DNA from: a virus
Taxonomy: Duplodnaviria > Heunggongvirae > Uroviricota > Caudoviricetes
Length of the DNA stretch: 11,334 nucleotides
Virus record (IMG/VR): IMGVR_UViG_2695420373_000009
Reading direction: 5' to 3' (one strand)
Positions 7,630 to 11,334 of this stretch are shown here, in pieces. The notes beneath the pieces are model-generated. The model was given only the letters and a program-made list of their open reading frames with translations, was not told where the DNA came from and ran no database searches. A program made the position numbers and the translations under genes. How positions within the stretch are numbered: position 1 is the first letter of the stretch; the number at the start of each line of letters is the position of its first letter.

Positions 7630-7656
7630 CTCCGGTTTTTATTCAGGGGGATGCTC

Positions 7657-8250
7657 ATGCTTATTGGCTATGTACGCGTGTCAACAAATGACCAGAACAC
7701 GGAATTGCAGCGTAACGCGCTGGAGTGCGCAGGATGCGAGCGGATTTTTGAGGATAAAATCAGCGGCACGAAGTCCGACCGACCGGGACTGAAAAAACTG
7801 CTCAGAACATTATCAGCAGGTGACACTCTGGTAGTCTGGAAGCTGGACAGGCTGGGGCGTAGTATGCGGCATCTGGTCATTCTGGTTGAGGAACTGCGCG
7901 AACGCGGCGTTAATTTTCGCAGTCTGACGGATGCTATTGATACCAGCACGCCGATGGGGCGTTTTTTCTTTCATGTGATGGGTGCCCTGGCTGAAATGGA
8001 GCGAGAACTCATTGTCGAGCGGACACGCGCCGGACTGGAAGCGGCCAGAGCCAAAGGTCGTATTGGTGGCAGACGTCCGAAACTCACCGCGAGTGAGTGG
8101 GAGCAGGTCGGACGGTTGCTGGCTGCGGGGGAATCTCGTCAACGTGTGGCGCTGATTTTTGATATTGGCCTGTCCACGCTCTATAAAAAATTCCCCTCAT
8201 CAGCGGCAAAGAATAAATTGTGTCATCCCTTAGCCAACCGGGACAAATAG
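7657..8250 (+). CDS. Site-specific DNA invertase, serine recombinase of the Gin/Hin/Cin/Pin (Din) family
   Basis: ORF 7651..8250; protein MLIGYVRVSTNDQNTELQRNALECAGCERIFEDKISG...GRFFFHVMGALAEMERELIVERTRAGLEAARAKGRIGGRRPKL... is near-collinear with recalled Mu Gin, including the catalytic Ser in YVRVS. Start placed at the ATG at 7657 (GGGGG at 7646-7650 gives better spacing than the ATG at 7651). Confidence 0.9.
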   Translation: MLIGYVRVSTNDQNTELQRNALECAGCERIFEDKISGTKSDRPGLKKLLRTLSAGDTLVVWKLDRLGRSMRHLVILVEELRERGVNFRSLTDAIDTSTPMGRFFFHVMGALAEMERELIVERTRAGLEAARAKGRIGGRRPKLTASEWEQVGRLLAAGESRQRVALIFDIGLSTLYKKFPSSAAKNKLCHPLANRDK

Positions 8251-8309
8251 CCTGACATCTCCGGCACAACTGAAAATAACACTCACCCATTAACCACGGA
8301 GTTAAACGG

Positions 8310-9500
8310 ATGAGTGACTATCATCACGGCGTGCAGGTGCTGGAGATTAACGACGGCACCCGCGTCATTTCCACCGTATCCACGGCCATTGTCGGCATGG
8401 TCTGTACGGCCAGCGATGCGGATGCGGAAACCTTCCCCCTCAATAAACCGGTGCTGATTACCAATGTGCAGAGCGCAATTGCAAAGGCTGGTAAAAAAGG
8501 CACGCTGGCGGCATCGTTGCAGGCCATCGCTGACCAGTCAAAACCGGTCACCGTTGTTGTGCGTGTGGAAGACGGCACCGGCGACGACGAGGAAACGAAA
8601 CTCGCGCAGACCGTATCCAATATCATCGGCACCACCGACGAAAACGGTCAGTACACCGGACTGAAAGCCCTGCTGGCGGCGGAGTCGGTAACCGGTGTTA
8701 AACCGCGTATTCTCGGCGTGCCGGGGCTGGATACCAAAGAGGTGGCTGTTGCACTGGCATCAGTCTGTCAGAAGCTGCGCGCTTTCGGGTATATCAGCGC
8801 ATGGGGCTGTAAAACCATTTCCGAGGTGAAAGCCTACCGCCAGAATTTCAGCCAGCGTGAGCTGATGGTCATCTGGCCAGATTTCCTCGCATGGGATACG
8901 GTCACCAGTACCACCGCCACCGCGTATGCCACCGCCCGTGCGCTGGGTCTGCGCGCTAAAATCGACCAGGAGCAGGGCTGGCATAAAACGCTGTCCAATG
9001 TCGGGGTAAACGGTGTTACCGGCATCAGTGCCTCTGTATTCTGGGATTTGCAGGAGTCCGGCACCGATGCTGACCTGTTGAACGAGTCAGGTGTCACAAC
9101 GCTGATTCGCCGTGACGGTTTCCGATTCTGGGGTAACCGTACCTGCTCTGATGACCCGCTGTTCCTCTTTGAAAACTACACCCGCACCGCGCAGGTGCTG
9201 GCCGACACGATGGCTGAGGCGCACATGTGGGCGGTGGACAAGCCCATCACCGCAACGCTGATTCGCGACATCGTTGACGGCATCAATGCCAAATTCCGTG
9301 AGCTGAAAACAAACGGCTATATCGTGGATGGCTCATGCTGGTTCAGCGAAGAATCCAACGATGCGGAAACCCTCAAGGCCGGAAAACTGTATATCGACTA
9401 CGACTATACACCGGTGCCTCCTCTCGAAAACCTGACCCTGCGCCAGCGTATTACCGATAAATACCTGGCAAATCTGGTCACCTCGGTTAACAGCAATTAA
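8310..9500 (+). CDS. FI: Contractile tail sheath protein FI, 396 aa
   Basis: ORF 8310..9500 with GGAG RBS; length and sequence recognised as P2 FI-type sheath. Confidence 0.9.
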   Translation: MSDYHHGVQVLEINDGTRVISTVSTAIVGMVCTASDADAETFPLNKPVLITNVQSAIAKAGKKGTLAASLQAIADQSKPVTVVVRVEDGTGDDEETKLAQTVSNIIGTTDENGQYTGLKALLAAESVTGVKPRILGVPGLDTKEVAVALASVCQKLRAFGYISAWGCKTISEVKAYRQNFSQRELMVIWPDFLAWDTVTSTTATAYATARALGLRAKIDQEQGWHKTLSNVGVNGVTGISASVFWDLQESGTDADLLNESGVTTLIRRDGFRFWGNRTCSDDPLFLFENYTRTAQVLADTMAEAHMWAVDKPITATLIRDIVDGINAKFRELKTNGYIVDGSCWFSEESNDAETLKAGKLYIDYDYTPVPPLENLTLRQRITDKYLANLVTSVNSN

Positions 9501-9512
9501 GGAGCCTGACCG

Positions 9513-10031
9513 ATGGCAATGCCGCGCAAACTCAAGTTAATGAACGTCTTTCTGAACGGCTACAGCTATCAGGGCGTTGCAAAGTCCGTCACGCTGCCAA
9601 AACTGACCCGTAAGCTCGAAAACTATCGCGGTGCGGGGATGAACGGCAGCGCACCGGTAGACCTCGGCCTTGATGACGATGCGCTGTCAATGGAGTGGTC
9701 GCTCGGGGGCTTCCCGGATTCGGTTATCTGGGAGCTTTACGCCGCAACCGGCGTGGATGCCGTGCCGATTCGTTTTGCAGGCTCTTACCAGCGCGACGAT
9801 ACCGGCGAAACGGTGGCCGTCGAAGTGGTCATGCGTGGCCGTCAGAAAGAAATCGACACCGGTGAGGGTAAACAGGGAGAAGACACCGAGTCGAAAATCT
9901 CCGTGGTCTGCACCTATTTCCGGCTGACGATGGACGGTAAGGAGCTGGTCGAAATCGACACCATCAACATGATTGAGAAGGTGAACGGCATCGACCGGCT
10001 GGAGCAACACCGCCGCAATATCGGCCTGTGA
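9513..10031 (+). CDS. FII: Tail tube protein FII, 172 aa
   Basis: ORF 9513..10031 with AGGAG RBS; follows the sheath gene as in P2. Confidence 0.9.
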   Translation: MAMPRKLKLMNVFLNGYSYQGVAKSVTLPKLTRKLENYRGAGMNGSAPVDLGLDDDALSMEWSLGGFPDSVIWELYAATGVDAVPIRFAGSYQRDDTGETVAVEVVMRGRQKEIDTGEGKQGEDTESKISVVCTYFRLTMDGKELVEIDTINMIEKVNGIDRLEQHRRNIGL

Positions 10032-10038
10032 TTTTCAT

Positions 10039-10059
10039 CCGGTCAGCCAGGCTGACCGG
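10039..10059 (+). terminator. Perfect 9-bp stem-loop just after the FII stop (CCGGTCAGC-cag-GCTGACCGG); possible partial terminator or attenuator
   Basis: Inverted repeat read directly 8 nt after the FII stop; followed only by TT, so at best a weak intrinsic terminator. Confidence 0.4.
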
Positions 10060-10087
10060 TTAACCCTGATTCAGAAGTGAGAAAACC

Positions 10088-10363
10088 ATGAACAAAGAAA
10101 ATGTCATTACCCTGGAAAATCCGGTCAATCGTGGTGAGCAGGTCATCGAACAGGTCACGCTGATGAAACCTAACGCCGGGACGCTGCGCGGTGTCAGTCT
10201 GGCAGCGGTCGCGAACTCCGAAGTCGATGCACTGATTAAGGTGCTGCCGCGCATGACGGCACCGATGCTGACCGAGCAGGAAGTCGCCGCGCTGGAACTG
10301 CCTGACCTTGTGGCGCTGGCCGGTAAGGTGGTCGGTTTTTTGTCGCCGAACTCGGTGCAGTGA
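10088..10363 (+). CDS. E: Tail assembly chaperone E, 91 aa
   Basis: ORF 10088..10363; product MNKENVITLENPVNRGEQVIEQVTLMKPNAG...; position between the tube and tape-measure genes. Confidence 0.88.
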   Translation: MNKENVITLENPVNRGEQVIEQVTLMKPNAGTLRGVSLAAVANSEVDALIKVLPRMTAPMLTEQEVAALELPDLVALAGKVVGFLSPNSVQ

Positions 10364-10515
10364 CGTTTCCGAAAAATCTCTCGGTCGATGACCTGATGGC
10401 GGATGTGGCAGTGATATTTCACTGGCCGCCATCGGAACTGTATCCCATGAGCCTGACCGAACTCATCACATGGCGCGAAAAGGCGCTCCGGCGAAGCGGA
10501 AACACGAATGAGTAA
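10088..10515 (+). CDS. E': E+E' fusion produced by -1 programmed ribosomal frameshift at T_TTT_TTG (10336-10342); about 142 aa
   Basis: Slippery heptamer in the E frame (codons TTT 10337-10339 and TTG 10340-10342, preceded by T). The -1 frame is open from 10342 to a TAA at 10513-10515 (VAELGAVTFPKNLSVDDLMADVAVIFHWPPSELYPMSLTELITWREKALRRSGNTNE), ending in an ATGAGTAA overlap with the T start. Confidence 0.75.
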
Positions 10516-11334
10516 CAATGTAAAATTACAGGTATTGCTCAGGGCTGTTGACCAGGCATCCCGCCCGTTTAAATCCATCCGCACAGCGAGCAAATCGCTG
10601 TCGGGGGATATCCGGGAAACACAAAAATCACTGCGCGAGCTGAACGGTCAGGCGTCCCGTATTGAGGGATTTCGCAAGACCAGTGCACAGCTCGCCGTGA
10701 CTGGTCATGCACTTGAAAAGGCTCGGCAGGAAGCCGAAGCCCTTGCCACACAGTTTAAAAACACCGAACGTCCGACCCGTGCTCAGGCGAAAGTGCTGGA
10801 ATCCGCAAAGCGTGCGGCGGAGGACTTACAGGCGAAATATAACCGCCTGACGGATTCCGTTAAACGCCAGCAGCGGGAACTGGCCGCTGTGGGAATTAAT
10901 ACCCGCAATCTTGCACATGATGAGCAGGGACTAAAAAACCGTATCAGTGAAACCACCGCACAGCTTAACCGACAGCGCGACGCGCTGGCGCGTGTCAGTG
11001 CACAACAGGCAAAACTTAACGCAGTAAAACAGCGTTATCAGGCCGGAAAGGAACTGGCCGGAAATATGGCCTCAGTGGGCGCTGCCGGTGTGGGGATTGC
11101 GGCGGCGGGAACGATGGCCGGAGTTAAGCTGCTGATGCCCGGTTATGAGTTTGCGCAGAAAAACTCAGAATTGCAGGCCGTGCTCGGAGTGGCAAAAGAC
11201 TCCGCCGAAATGACCGCACTACGCAAACAGGCGCGCCAGCTCGGCGACAATACCGCCGCCTCGGCGGATGATGCGGCCGGTGCACAGATAATCATCGCGA
11301 AAGCGGGTGGGGATGTTGATGCCATTCAGGCGGC
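10508..11334 (+). CDS. T: Tail tape-measure protein T, 5' part only (runs off the window end)
   Basis: ATG at 10508 (MSNNVKLQVLLRAVDQASRPFKSIRTASKSL...) is open to the end of the window; coiled-coil-like, Ala/Gln-rich sequence typical of tape-measure N-termini. Absent from the ORF track because no stop lies within the window. Confidence 0.85.
   Translation, partial: MSNNVKLQVLLRAVDQASRPFKSIRTASKSLSGDIRETQKSLRELNGQASRIEGFRKTSAQLAVTGHALEKARQEAEALATQFKNTERPTRAQAKVLESAKRAAEDLQAKYNRLTDSVKRQQRELAAVGINTRNLAHDEQGLKNRISETTAQLNRQRDALARVSAQQAKLNAVKQRYQAGKELAGNMASVGAAGVGIAAAGTMAGVKLLMPGYEFAQKNSELQAVLGVAKDSAEMTALRKQARQLGDNTAASADDAAGAQIIIAKAGGDVDAIQA

Noticed and set aside
7651-7656. Alternative invertase start at the ATG at 7651 (MLMLIGY...)
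   Set aside because: The G-rich RBS-like run at 7646-7650 directly abuts this ATG; the ATG at 7657 gives the N-terminus MLIGYVRVSTNDQ shared with Gin/Hin/Cin and proper RBS spacing.
7668-8290. Minus-strand ORFs inside the invertase gene (7668..7949, 7813..8142, 8084..8290)
   Set aside because: They are antisense to a strongly supported recombinase gene, with low-complexity Ser/Arg/Thr-rich translations.
7630-8309. Possible anti-phage defence cargo at the G-FI (Z/fun) hotspot
   Set aside because: The interval holds only the invertase and two short intergenic regions; there is no nuclease, ATPase, toxin-antitoxin or other defence-like ORF.
8324-9097. Minus-strand and alternate-frame ORFs inside FI (8324..8635 -, 8464..8664 +, 8760..8984 -, 8834..9097 -)
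   Set aside because: They overlap the sheath gene and show no start signals or recognisable domains.
9670-10751. Alternate-frame and antisense ORFs across FII, E and the T start (9670..9927 +, 9687..10010 -, 10043..10432 -, 10060..10593 -, 10569..10751 -)
   Set aside because: All are embedded in or antisense to well-supported tail genes. The 177-aa antisense ORF would span three sense genes and the frameshift site, which is implausible.
11143-11325. 60-aa minus-strand ORF inside the tape-measure gene
   Set aside because: It is antisense to T, Ala/Ser-rich, and typical of the reverse complement of Ala-rich coding sequence.
1-11334. tRNA, rRNA, CRISPR arrays, transposases or IS elements
   Set aside because: No cloverleaf-like structured RNA regions, no repeat-spacer arrays and no transposase-like ORFs were seen; the only inverted repeats with recombination-site character are the two gix-like sites.

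Overview
The window is a contiguous stretch of the late (lysis and tail) region of a P2-family myophage or prophage, with almost all genes on the + strand and tightly coupled (ATGA / TAATG overlaps). In order: holin 3' end, endolysin K, LysA, the LysB/LysC spanin pair (LysC embedded in LysB), tail completion R and S, baseplate V-W-J-I, tail fibre H, then sheath FI, tube FII, the E/E' frameshift chaperone and the start of tape-measure T. The feature that departs from canonical P2 lies between H and FI: a roughly 1.75 kb invertible segment of the Mu G-segment / P1 C-segment / e14 P-segment type. It is bounded by two 26-bp gix/hix-like crossover sites in inverted orientation (5821-5846 inside H; 7576-7601). 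It carries two convergent cassettes, each a tail-fibre C-terminus plus its own tail-fibre assembly gene, and is followed by a Gin/Hin/Cin/Pin-family serine invertase (7657-8250). The crossover site sits in frame in both fibre tips, so inversion would replace the C-terminal 97 aa of H with a different 154-aa tip. No tRNA, rRNA, CRISPR array or transposase was seen. All protein identifications rest on reading the supplied translations and recalled family features, not on a database search.
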